From Pseudomonadota bacterium (GTDB lineage Bacteria > Bdellovibrionota > FAC87 > UBA2466): a stretch of DNA of 64,000 nt. The stretch spans positions 1-64,000 of the forward strand of contig JAYSWN010000020.1 in NCBI GenBank assembly GCA_043718025.1, given 5' to 3'. Under the pieces are notes generated by a model, which did no database searches, was not told the origin of the DNA, and worked only from the letters and a program-made list of their open reading frames with translations. Below are positions 45,765-54,109 of the stretch, piece by piece. Position 1 is the stretch's first letter, and every line of letters starts with the position of its first letter. A program made the translations under genes and the position numbers.

Positions 45765-47087
45765 TTACTTTCCGGAGTGCCAAACTTGGCGACGCAATTT
45801 CCATTCGCCCTCTTCAAATTTCCATAAGTGTGGAGATCGGAAGGTGTCGGCCAAATGCATGAAATATTCGTAGTCCATGATGGGCTGCTCAAACATTTTC
45901 GACGCTTCGGGAAACTCGTTCGCGGGAATACTTAAGTACTTAAAAATTTCGTCGGCAAAACGGTCAGGAAACTCGCCGTCGAAACGCTTGGCCAAAGCCA
46001 CACCCTCATCACGGTTGATGTCGCCCGAGCGAATTTCTTGGGCCGCATCGTACGTGGCGCGGCCAATGCCGAACTTGATAAAGGTAGTGTAGTAATGAAA
46101 ATCATCGATCCTGTCGTCGATACTGTTGTACTTGCTGTACGTTCCCGGCGTCCGTTCCGGTGAGGCCTGAAAGCCACCGTGCTCCACCGAGTAGTAGTAA
46201 CAGCTCTGCGGATGCCACTTCAGGTAATAACCCAAATAGTGCACTTCCACTTTTTGCTCCTCGATGGCGGCGGGATTCGCCGGCAAGTAAGGTTGCAGCT
46301 CGTACTCTTCTACGCCAAACTTGCTCTGAAGCTCAGCCAATGAAGTGCCGCCCAGATAGATTTGCGATTTGTCGCCCGACGTAAAGTAGGACCAGTCGCG
46401 CTTGGCTGACTTGGTATCGGCAATGGGATTGCCGTATTCGGCTTCATTTTCCCCGTAAAAAACTAACGGAATTTTGTGAAGCAACGCCATCTTAGGCGCC
46501 AGTGCTTTTTGCCCGAACATAAAGGGCTGAAACGGGTGAAATAGGTTTTCGACCGCCAGGCGGGTGATCAAACGGTGAATGCGGCCGTTGGGCGTGCACA
46601 AAAAATTATCGAAGCCGGCGTGAATCCAGCTTTGAAAGTTTTTCCAACCCCAGTCGGTATAAACGTGCGGGGCCCAGGTAACGGTAAGCGGGTGCATTCC
46701 GTACTTAGTACGCAGCATGTGGGCGGCGTAAAAACTGTCTTTTCCGCCCGAACCCGGCACCACGCAGTCGTAAGTTCCATCGTTCTTACGGTGCTTATCG
46801 CACAAGGCCATCAACTCTTTTTCACGCTGGGACCAATCGATGGTGCCGTGCTTTTCTTCGGCCAACCGACACGCGTCGCATACTCCGGCAGAGTCAAAGT
46901 GAATCGTTTTTTTCTTACTGTCCTTAGTGTGACCATACTCAACCGCAGAGTTCGGCCGCTGATTTGAAATAACGCATTTAGTGCAAAACGAAACGTCGTG
47001 CGGCAACCCGTATTTGATATCGTGGGTTTCCTGGTCTTTCTCGAAGGGCTCCAGGTCAATATTACGCCGGCGTGGATAGGGAAACAT
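45765..47087 (-). CDS. N-acetyl sugar amidotransferase (WbuX/PseA/PtmG/WbpG family)
   Basis: FCTKC...RP, GVCDAC, PP-loop SGGKDS, YGEN.AEYG, KFGIGRAT. Confidence 0.9.
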   Translation of the reverse strand: MFPYPRRRNIDLEPFEKDQETHDIKYGLPHDVSFCTKCVISNQRPNSAVEYGHTKDSKKKTIHFDSAGVCDACRLAEEKHGTIDWSQREKELMALCDKHRKNDGTYDCVVPGSGGKDSFYAAHMLRTKYGMHPLTVTWAPHVYTDWGWKNFQSWIHAGFDNFLCTPNGRIHRLITRLAVENLFHPFQPFMFGQKALAPKMALLHKIPLVFYGENEAEYGNPIADTKSAKRDWSYFTSGDKSQIYLGGTSLAELQSKFGVEEYELQPYLPANPAAIEEQKVEVHYLGYYLKWHPQSCYYYSVEHGGFQASPERTPGTYSKYNSIDDRIDDFHYYTTFIKFGIGRATYDAAQEIRSGDINRDEGVALAKRFDGEFPDRFADEIFKYLSIPANEFPEASKMFEQPIMDYEYFMHLADTFRSPHLWKFEEGEWKLRRQVWHSGK

Positions 47088-47090
47088 GAC

Positions 47091-47765
47091 TCAATTCTCC
47101 ATTATTTTCTGGACTTGAAGGAAATCGGATACGGTATCAATGTCAAGGGAGCGGTCAGCGGGCATCTCGTAACCAACCGTCTCATTTGACAGAAACTTTT
47201 TCTCCCGTCGCAACCATTCCGACTTCGCCACATAGATAGCACCATTTAGCGAATAAACGGGGGGCAAATCTTGTCGCCGAACCACTGCGGTGTGCGGCAA
47301 CAGAGGAACCAACCGGGCGTCGGGAGCCTGAGTAAACATCCAGTAGGGGCTTTCTTGCGCAAGGCAAACCGAGACGCAGGAGGGCGAGTTGGCTTGGACA
47401 CAGTGCTGAATGGCACGGTCTATATCCTGGGCCGAGCGCAGCGGCGAAGTGGGCTGAAGCAGGACCACCCATTCGTATCCGGGACAGCGATCTAAAGCAT
47501 CTAAAACCACCTCGATAGTTGGGGTTTGATCCTGGGCTAACCGCGATTCCCGAACGAAGGGAACTTCACACCCGTAGGCCTGTGCCACCTCAATGATGCC
47601 GGGGTCGTCGGACGACAAGATGACCCGATCCAGTAACTGAGACGTCTTTGCCGCTTCGATGGTCCAGGCAATTAAAGGCTTACCGCCCACCGGACGAATG
47701 TTTTTTCCGGGCACCCCCTTGGAGCCACCGCGGGCGGGAATAATTCCTAAATAGAGTTGGCTAAT
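47091..47765 (-). CDS. neuA: CMP-nonulosonate synthetase (NeuA/LegF), apparent ATT start
   Basis: IIPARGGSKGVPGKN, LLQPTSPLR, NGAIY, DIDT; the conserved N-terminus lies upstream of the ORF-track start at 47714. Confidence 0.88.
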   Translation of the reverse strand: MSQLYLGIIPARGGSKGVPGKNIRPVGGKPLIAWTIEAAKTSQLLDRVILSSDDPGIIEVAQAYGCEVPFVRESRLAQDQTPTIEVVLDALDRCPGYEWVVLLQPTSPLRSAQDIDRAIQHCVQANSPSCVSVCLAQESPYWMFTQAPDARLVPLLPHTAVVRRQDLPPVYSLNGAIYVAKSEWLRREKKFLSNETVGYEMPADRSLDIDTVSDFLQVQKIMEN

Positions 47766-48858
47766 TGTTTATCTCCCGAGGTCGTACCCGATTTTCGGGC
47801 TCACGGAACAGGTTACCAATGTCGGAATTGGCCTTTTGGTAATCTGGTTGGCGCCCAATATCTAGCCAGTAATCGCGCACCTTATAAGTGCCCGCTTTCA
47901 TCTTGCGGGAGATCATCAGGTCAAAAAGGTTGGGCATATCAAAAAAAGTATCCTTGGGAACCAACGACAGCGTTTCGGGAGAAAGCACGTAAACGCCGGC
48001 ACTAACGAGGGAACGGTGAATCGGTTTCTCGTCGATACTCTGAACCCGGCCATCGACTTCGCGAACCACTCCGTAAGGAATTTGAAACTCGTATTCACTC
48101 ACGCCCATCGTCGCGGCGGAGTCGTTGTCTACGTGCATGCTTAGCATTTGCAGATAATCGATATTAGCCAGCAAATCTCCGTTAGCCACGATCACCGGCT
48201 CCGACGGCAGCTCGGGCAATAAGCTTAAGGCGCCCGCAGTGCCCAAACGTTTGTCTTCGCGCAAATACCTAATGCGGGCGCCAAAACGTTCGCCCTCACC
48301 AAAATGGCTCTCGATCACTTCTGCTTTGTAGTGAACCGAAATGTAAAAGTTCTGGAAACCCTGCTCCAAAAAGTTTTTTAAAATAGTTTCAAGTAGCGGC
48401 CGGTCGCCGACATTTAGCATTGGTTTGGGCGTGGTACGCGTTAGGTCGCCCATCCTAGTTCCCAGTCCCCCGGCCATAAGGATTACCCAGTTTTCCCGGG
48501 CCGACGGCAGCAGGTATTCACTCAAGAACTCCATGCCCACCACGCGGTTGCTGTCGTCTACAATTGGTAGCTGCTGCAGCTTAAGCTTGCGCATTAACGA
48601 CAAAATCGATTCCATGCTCTCTCCCTTGCGGGCGAAGCGAGGATTGATGAACATGACTTTCTCAACGGTATCCGAAAGAGAAAGCCCTTTTAGCAAACCC
48701 CGTCGAATATCGCCGTCAGACAAAGTGCCCAAGAGTTTTCGACTCTCGTCCACCACCAGCACAATCTGCATGCCGTTAGCGTCGATGTTAAGCAACGCAT
48801 CCCGTATCGTGTTGTTCGGGCGGATCAGAATATTTTCCCAACTCTTCATAAATTTCAA
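47761..48858 (-). CDS. CBS-domain sugar-1-phosphate nucleotidyltransferase (PtmE-like)
   Basis: GTLSDGDIRR CBS pair; MAGGLGTR, PKPML, LGTAGAL, NGD, YWLDIG. Confidence 0.9.
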   Translation of the reverse strand: MKFMKSWENILIRPNNTIRDALLNIDANGMQIVLVVDESRKLLGTLSDGDIRRGLLKGLSLSDTVEKVMFINPRFARKGESMESILSLMRKLKLQQLPIVDDSNRVVGMEFLSEYLLPSARENWVILMAGGLGTRMGDLTRTTPKPMLNVGDRPLLETILKNFLEQGFQNFYISVHYKAEVIESHFGEGERFGARIRYLREDKRLGTAGALSLLPELPSEPVIVANGDLLANIDYLQMLSMHVDNDSAATMGVSEYEFQIPYGVVREVDGRVQSIDEKPIHRSLVSAGVYVLSPETLSLVPKDTFFDMPNLFDLMISRKMKAGTYKVRDYWLDIGRQPDYQKANSDIGNLFREPENRVRPREINN

Positions 48859-49490
48859 ATCGCCTTTGCGGGGACTCCGGCGAGTTTTACGCCATCGTCG
48901 TGACTACCAATTACCACTGAGCCTGCTGCCACCAGACAATCCTTACCCAACTTTATTCCCTGAATGAATACGGCGCCGGTTCCAATGTGACTGCGGCTTC
49001 CCACCGAAACACCGCCAGATAGCGTCACTCCAGGCGCCAGGTGGGAATGTTGGGCGATTACGCAGTCGTGGTCAATATTCACGCCGGTATTCACAATAAC
49101 GTTGTCACCCACCCGTACCCCGCACTGAATCACCGCCCCGGCCATAATTTGGGACCCTTCGGCAATTACCGCATGCGCCGATACAAAAGCCGCGGGGTGA
49201 ATTATCGTGGCAAACTGAAACTGCTTTTCTTTCCAGCGCTCAAAAATCTGCTGGCGCAGCTGGGGTAGGCCCACCGAACCGATGCCGTTGGCTAGAAAAA
49301 TCTCGTCGGGAGAAAACTTAGCAATCTCCGCATCCCCACCCAAAATTTTTATACCCAAGCAGCTGGAGCCCCAGCGGCTGGAGTCCGAGTCGGTGAACCC
49401 GATTACGGTTTTTCCTGACTCAATCAAGGCGTCGGCCACCACTCGGCCATGCCCTCCCGCACCAATAATAATAATCGGCCGATCAGCCAT
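48855..49490 (-). CDS. NeuD/PglD-family hexapeptide N-acetyltransferase
   Basis: GAGGHG, IHP, DHDC, hexapeptide repeats, GVPAK. Confidence 0.9.
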   Translation of the reverse strand: MADRPIIIIGAGGHGRVVADALIESGKTVIGFTDSDSSRWGSSCLGIKILGGDAEIAKFSPDEIFLANGIGSVGLPQLRQQIFERWKEKQFQFATIIHPAAFVSAHAVIAEGSQIMAGAVIQCGVRVGDNVIVNTGVNIDHDCVIAQHSHLAPGVTLSGGVSVGSRSHIGTGAVFIQGIKLGKDCLVAAGSVVIGSHDDGVKLAGVPAKAI

Positions 49491-50571
49491 CCAACGCCTC
49501 GTCGGGGTGGTAACTTCGGGAGGCGGGTTTCCCTAGGTAGTTCCAATACTCCATGGGCGAAATGCCGCTACCGGGCCGTTTGCACGACAGGCTGTCGGAA
49601 GAAAAAACTTGGTTCTGCGCCACTTCCCGCAACGCGATCAGACTGCGGCGGGCCACTTGGCGGTTTTTGCGCTCCGACGGCGAAGGCTGCTTAATGCCAT
49701 CGCCAAGCGCGAGATTAATTTCGCGAATCCCGTTCACGAGCTGGGTTAGTTCCGCCGGCTCTAACGAGGCCTTGTGATCGGGCCCTTCAAGATTTCGGTC
49801 GAGGGTGAAGTGTTTCTCGATGACCTTCGCCCCGCGCGCCACGGCGGCCAACGAAATGTGAATGCCTTCGGTATGATCTGAATAGCCTACCGGCAATCCG
49901 AATGCCGCCGCTAAAGTGTCCATGGCTTTTAGATTCACTTCGGACACCGGCGCCGGATACTCGGTGGTGCAATGGAGCACGGTCACCGCTTTAGTCAGCG
50001 CACGGCGCCCCTCGTTCGAACAAAAAGCGGTGATAAAGGCCTCCCGATCCGGCGCGGCGTCGGGGGGCGCGGTTAGGCCAAAGGCCAAAACGCCGAGCGC
50101 GTCCTCGACCTCACCCAGCGTACTCATGCCCGTCGATAAAATAATTTTCGGCGCCGAGCGCGCAATCTCCAGCAAGAAGGGCGCGTTGGTAATATCGCCC
50201 GATGAAACCTTGATGGTTTGCATTCGAAATTGCCGGGTCAGAAGCTGGAGGCTTTCGGAATCAAAAGGGGTCGAAAGAAACTCAATCTGTTTGCCCTTGG
50301 CGTGTTCAATGAGCCGTTCGTGATCGTGCGGAGACAGTTCCAGCTTGCGAATCATTTCCCATTGGCTCTCGGCCGCATCCGTGGTGCGAAGCTGGTACTC
50401 GGCCTTTGGGGCGCCCTGGCTTACCAATTTATCGGCGCGGAAGGTTTGAAACTTCACCGCATCGGCTCCGGCCTGGGCGGCGGCGTCCACGAGCTGAAGC
50501 GCCATCTCCATTGAGCCGTTGTGGTTGACCCCGGCTTCCGCAATAACAAACGTTTTGTTTTTAGAATTCAT
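49483..50571 (-). CDS. neuB: Nonulosonate synthase (NeuB/LegI-like)
   Basis: IAEAGVNHNG, VKFQT, STPFD, LHCTTEYP, GYSDHT, IEKHFTL, C-terminal KRPG.G. Confidence 0.95.
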   Translation of the reverse strand: MNSKNKTFVIAEAGVNHNGSMEMALQLVDAAAQAGADAVKFQTFRADKLVSQGAPKAEYQLRTTDAAESQWEMIRKLELSPHDHERLIEHAKGKQIEFLSTPFDSESLQLLTRQFRMQTIKVSSGDITNAPFLLEIARSAPKIILSTGMSTLGEVEDALGVLAFGLTAPPDAAPDREAFITAFCSNEGRRALTKAVTVLHCTTEYPAPVSEVNLKAMDTLAAAFGLPVGYSDHTEGIHISLAAVARGAKVIEKHFTLDRNLEGPDHKASLEPAELTQLVNGIREINLALGDGIKQPSPSERKNRQVARRSLIALREVAQNQVFSSDSLSCKRPGSGISPMEYWNYLGKPASRSYHPDEALDG

Positions 50572-51730
50572 GTTTCACATCAAAAAAAGATTTGCGGACC
50601 TGCAAGGGTACCGAGCTCAACGTCGATACGATCGCGCGGCTTGCCTCGCCTTGACCATAGAGCGACGTGGTTTGTTTTAGGTGGCCCTGAAATTCCTCGG
50701 ACAAAGCCGTCTTAATCGCGCGCACGATGCTGTCTTGGTTCTCTTCCGCATCCACAATGGAGCTGGCCTTGAGCCGACCCTTTTGACGATCCCCAATATT
50801 TACCGTGGCCCGCTTGAAAACCGGCGCCTCGATCAATCCGCTAGACGAATTTCCAATGACCACGCTGCTCAACCGCAAAAGGCTTAAGTAACGAAGTTGG
50901 CCCAAAGAGACGACCGCGCGGGTGCGTTCGGATCTTTCGCGCGCGAAGTCCTCCAACAGTTTAGAAATGGCGCTGCCCCCCGGATCCGCGTTGGGATGAG
51001 TGAGCACGATGGTGGCCTGAGGAAACTCCCGCAAGGCGTTGAGCAACGTCTTCATCCCCTCTTCGGGGGCGGCCTCGCCCAACGTTACCGGATGGTAGGT
51101 GACCAAGAAAAGTGGACTGCCGAGATCCATGTCCAATTGCCGAGCTAACTCTTCCCGCGACAGCCATGCCAGGCGCGACAGGCTATCCAAACCCGGGGCG
51201 CCAAAATTAAAGACGCGCTCGGGGGCCTCGCCCATTTGTACCACGCGTTTGCGGTAGGCATCGGCCGCTACGAAATGCCACTGGGCCATTTTGGTAATGG
51301 CGTGGCGAATGCCTTCATCAAAGGCCCCTTCGGTGATCTCTCCGCCGTGAATGTGCGCCACCGGAATTTTTGCCAGCATAGCGGCTTGAACCGCGGCCAA
51401 GATTTCAAAGCGGTCGCCGAGTACCACCAGCATATCGGGCTGCAGCTGCTCGAACGCTTCGGCAAATCCCATCACTCCCAGCCCCAACGATTTGGTCACG
51501 GCGGTATTTGTGTCGGAAGTGAGTCCCATATCGACCTTGGCGTCGATCTGAAAACCGTGCGATTCAATTTCTCGGTAGGTTTCCCCAAACTGCGGAGCGA
51601 GGTGCATGCCGGTGGCAACGACCTGTAAGGTGAGACTGGGATTCGCCTGCACTTCGTCCATCACCCAACGCAGCAAACCGTATTCGGCGCGGGAGCCAGT
51701 CACCACGCAAATTTTGCGGTTGGCGCTCAC
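50561..51730 (-). CDS. neuC: Hydrolysing NDP-sugar 2-epimerase (NeuC/LegG-like)
   Basis: TGSRAEYG, TGMHL, LGDRFE, HIHGGE, RHAITK, GNSSSG, RQKGR. Confidence 0.95.
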   Translation of the reverse strand: MSANRKICVVTGSRAEYGLLRWVMDEVQANPSLTLQVVATGMHLAPQFGETYREIESHGFQIDAKVDMGLTSDTNTAVTKSLGLGVMGFAEAFEQLQPDMLVVLGDRFEILAAVQAAMLAKIPVAHIHGGEITEGAFDEGIRHAITKMAQWHFVAADAYRKRVVQMGEAPERVFNFGAPGLDSLSRLAWLSREELARQLDMDLGSPLFLVTYHPVTLGEAAPEEGMKTLLNALREFPQATIVLTHPNADPGGSAISKLLEDFARERSERTRAVVSLGQLRYLSLLRLSSVVIGNSSSGLIEAPVFKRATVNIGDRQKGRLKASSIVDAEENQDSIVRAIKTALSEEFQGHLKQTTSLYGQGEASRAIVSTLSSVPLQVRKSFFDVKHEF

Positions 51731-52935
51731 GGCTGAAGGTCACCTAGTTTGGCGCTACTAGGCAGGTTAATGAGGCTCGACTCAAGCGCTTCGGCCACCG
51801 GCGTTTCGGCGCGCGGGTTAGTGGCGTACATGGGCAGCTTATAAAGCAAGTTCCAAACCGGACGGCACTGGTAACCCAATTCATTGGCAGCGTCCAAAAT
51901 TTGGTTTCGCGTCTCGACATCCGGAGTCGCCAGGCGAACGGCGTTCAGCCAGTAGATACTCTCGGTTCCGCTCGTCTCCGCCACGAAGTGCATTCCGGGA
52001 ACTCCCTGAAAGGCCTCACGGTAGTGGGCGGCAAGCTGGCGTTTGCGCCGAACGAATTCGGGCAGCTTTTCCAGCTGGGCGCAGCCCAGCGCCGCATTCA
52101 AGTTGGGCAGCCGAAAATTATAGGCCACGATGTCGTGGTGGAACTCCCACCGGTGCGGCCGTTTCGCCGTGGTGGTTAAATGCTTGAGCGTGCGGGCCAG
52201 ATCGGAATCGTTGGTCAAGATTGCCCCGCCCCCGCCGGTGGTGACGATTTTGTTGCCGTTGAAACTGAGGCAGCCCATTTGGCCAAACGTACCGGTGTGC
52301 CTTCCGTGATAAAGACTGCCCAACGATTCGGCCGCATCCTCCACAATTGGCAGATTGAATTCCTTACTCACTTCCAACAAAGCATCGAGATCGACCGGAT
52401 GGCCAAAGGTGTGCATCGGCACCACGGCGGCAATTCGCCGGCCGGTGTTCTTGTTGTGCAGGATGCCGCCCTGGACCGAGGCAATTTGCCGAAGGTGCGT
52501 GGCCAACGCGCGCGCGTCCAAACCTAAAGTGGAGAGTTCGCTATCTACGAAATGGGGAGTGGCGCCACAATGGGAAACCGCATTGGCGGAGGCCACAAAC
52601 GAAAGGGCCGGCACGAGCACTTCGTCCCCCGGTTTCACCCCGCTCACCTGGAGCGCCACCTGCAGGGCCACCGTACCGTTCGCCACGACCACCGCGTGTT
52701 TGGCGCCGGTCAGTTCGGCCAGCCGGCGTTCAAATTCATCGACGTACTTGCCGACCGATGAGACCCAACCGGTGTCGATGCATTCTTTTACGTACTTCCA
52801 TTCATTGCCCGTGAACTCGGGTTCGTGCAGGGCCATCACTCCGTTCGGTTTGCCTACGCTGCGTTGAAGTCCCTGCAAAAAATTAGTGCACAACGTTTGC
52901 GTCGTCGTATTCGCCACTTGGATGGTCTTTTCCAT
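51727..52935 (-). CDS. legC: LegC-family aminotransferase
   Basis: ALHEP, GWVSSVG, PMHTFGHP, SFNGNKIVTTGGGG, TTTAK, NFRLPNLNAALG; TAATG overlap with legB. Confidence 0.9.
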   Translation of the reverse strand: MEKTIQVANTTTQTLCTNFLQGLQRSVGKPNGVMALHEPEFTGNEWKYVKECIDTGWVSSVGKYVDEFERRLAELTGAKHAVVVANGTVALQVALQVSGVKPGDEVLVPALSFVASANAVSHCGATPHFVDSELSTLGLDARALATHLRQIASVQGGILHNKNTGRRIAAVVPMHTFGHPVDLDALLEVSKEFNLPIVEDAAESLGSLYHGRHTGTFGQMGCLSFNGNKIVTTGGGGAILTNDSDLARTLKHLTTTAKRPHRWEFHHDIVAYNFRLPNLNAALGCAQLEKLPEFVRRKRQLAAHYREAFQGVPGMHFVAETSGTESIYWLNAVRLATPDVETRNQILDAANELGYQCRPVWNLLYKLPMYATNPRAETPVAEALESSLINLPSSAKLGDLQP

Positions 52936-53930
52936 TAGATGTTGTACCGATCCGTTTTGTATTGGGCCAAGTTGGCCGGGTTCGTAAACCACTCCACCGT
53001 TTCAATGAGTCCTTTACGGAAGCCATCGCGGCCGCCGTAGTCAGGAGCCCAACCCAAAAGATCTTTGGCTTTCTGGTTTGACGCCAACAAACGTTCCACT
53101 TCTGAATTTTTGGGGCGAAACCGATCTTCGTCCGTGGTGATCTGAATCTTGGCGCCCATCACCTCCGCTATAAGTGCGGCGGTCTCTCCGATGGAGATTT
53201 CATACTGGCTGCCGAAGTTGATCACCTCGCCCAAACCCTTTTCACTGCGCAGGGTCGAAATAAATCCCGCGGCGGTGTCTTTCACAAAATTGAAATCGCG
53301 GGTCGGCGTGACCGCCCCCAGCTTTATCTCCCGTTTGCCCGAAGCAATTTGCGTGATGATGGTAGGAATAACCGCCCGCGCCGATTGCCGGGGTCCGTAA
53401 GTGTTAAACGGACGCGCAATCACTACCGGAAGATTGAACGAAGCAAAAAAGGAATAGGCGAGCTGGTCGGCGCCAATTTTGGAAGCCGAGTAGGGTGATT
53501 GCCCCTGCAGCGGATGCTCTTCGGTGATGGGTACGAAACGCGCGGTCCCATAAACTTCACTAGTCGAAGTGTGAATAAAGCGGCGCACTCCGAGCTCGCG
53601 GGCGGCCTGTAATAAGTTGAGCGTGCCCTTCACGTTAGTGTCTACGTAGGTATCCGGCGAATGGTAGGAAAAGGGGATCGCAATCAGCGCAGCCAAATGC
53701 AGCACCGCATCACAGTCTTTTAGAGCCTGCTTCACGCCGTGGGGATCGCGGATGTCGCCTGAAAACACATCGAGGCTTTTTTTAATGCGGGAGGGCGCCT
53801 GATCCAGCCAACCCCAAGAATTGAAGGAATTGTAGAGTACGAATGCCCTGACGTCGTACCCATTTTCAACGAGCGACTCGGTAAGGTGAGAGCCAATAAA
53901 TCCGTCGGCACCGGTTACTAAAACTTTCAA
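52935..53930 (-). CDS. legB: LegB-family NAD-dependent 4,6-dehydratase
   Basis: VTGADGFIGSHL, YNSFNSWGWLD, LAALIAIP, STSEVYG, YSASK, SEVERL; TTG start with GGAGG. Confidence 0.92.
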   Translation of the reverse strand: MKVLVTGADGFIGSHLTESLVENGYDVRAFVLYNSFNSWGWLDQAPSRIKKSLDVFSGDIRDPHGVKQALKDCDAVLHLAALIAIPFSYHSPDTYVDTNVKGTLNLLQAARELGVRRFIHTSTSEVYGTARFVPITEEHPLQGQSPYSASKIGADQLAYSFFASFNLPVVIARPFNTYGPRQSARAVIPTIITQIASGKREIKLGAVTPTRDFNFVKDTAAGFISTLRSEKGLGEVINFGSQYEISIGETAALIAEVMGAKIQITTDEDRFRPKNSEVERLLASNQKAKDLLGWAPDYGGRDGFRKGLIETVEWFTNPANLAQYKTDRYNI

Positions 53931-54109
53931 AATGCCTCCACGAAAGCCCTCAATTCAAACACTTTCCCCAAATTAACAAGATCGTCTAGTAGTAGCCTGC
54001 AGAAGCGGCACTGGCAAGTCGGTCGGGCGAATAGGGTGGCCGCGGAAAGGGAGAAATTAGGGGTTGGTTTTAGCCGAGAAAAAGAGGATCATCAGACCCC
54101 TCACCCGCA

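Noticed and set aside
21645..52867. Many long antisense or alternate-frame ORFs (e.g. 21645-22442, 23447-24145, 42373-43059, 52355-52867)
   Set aside because: Shadow ORFs of well-supported genes in GC-rich sequence, with no independent motifs.
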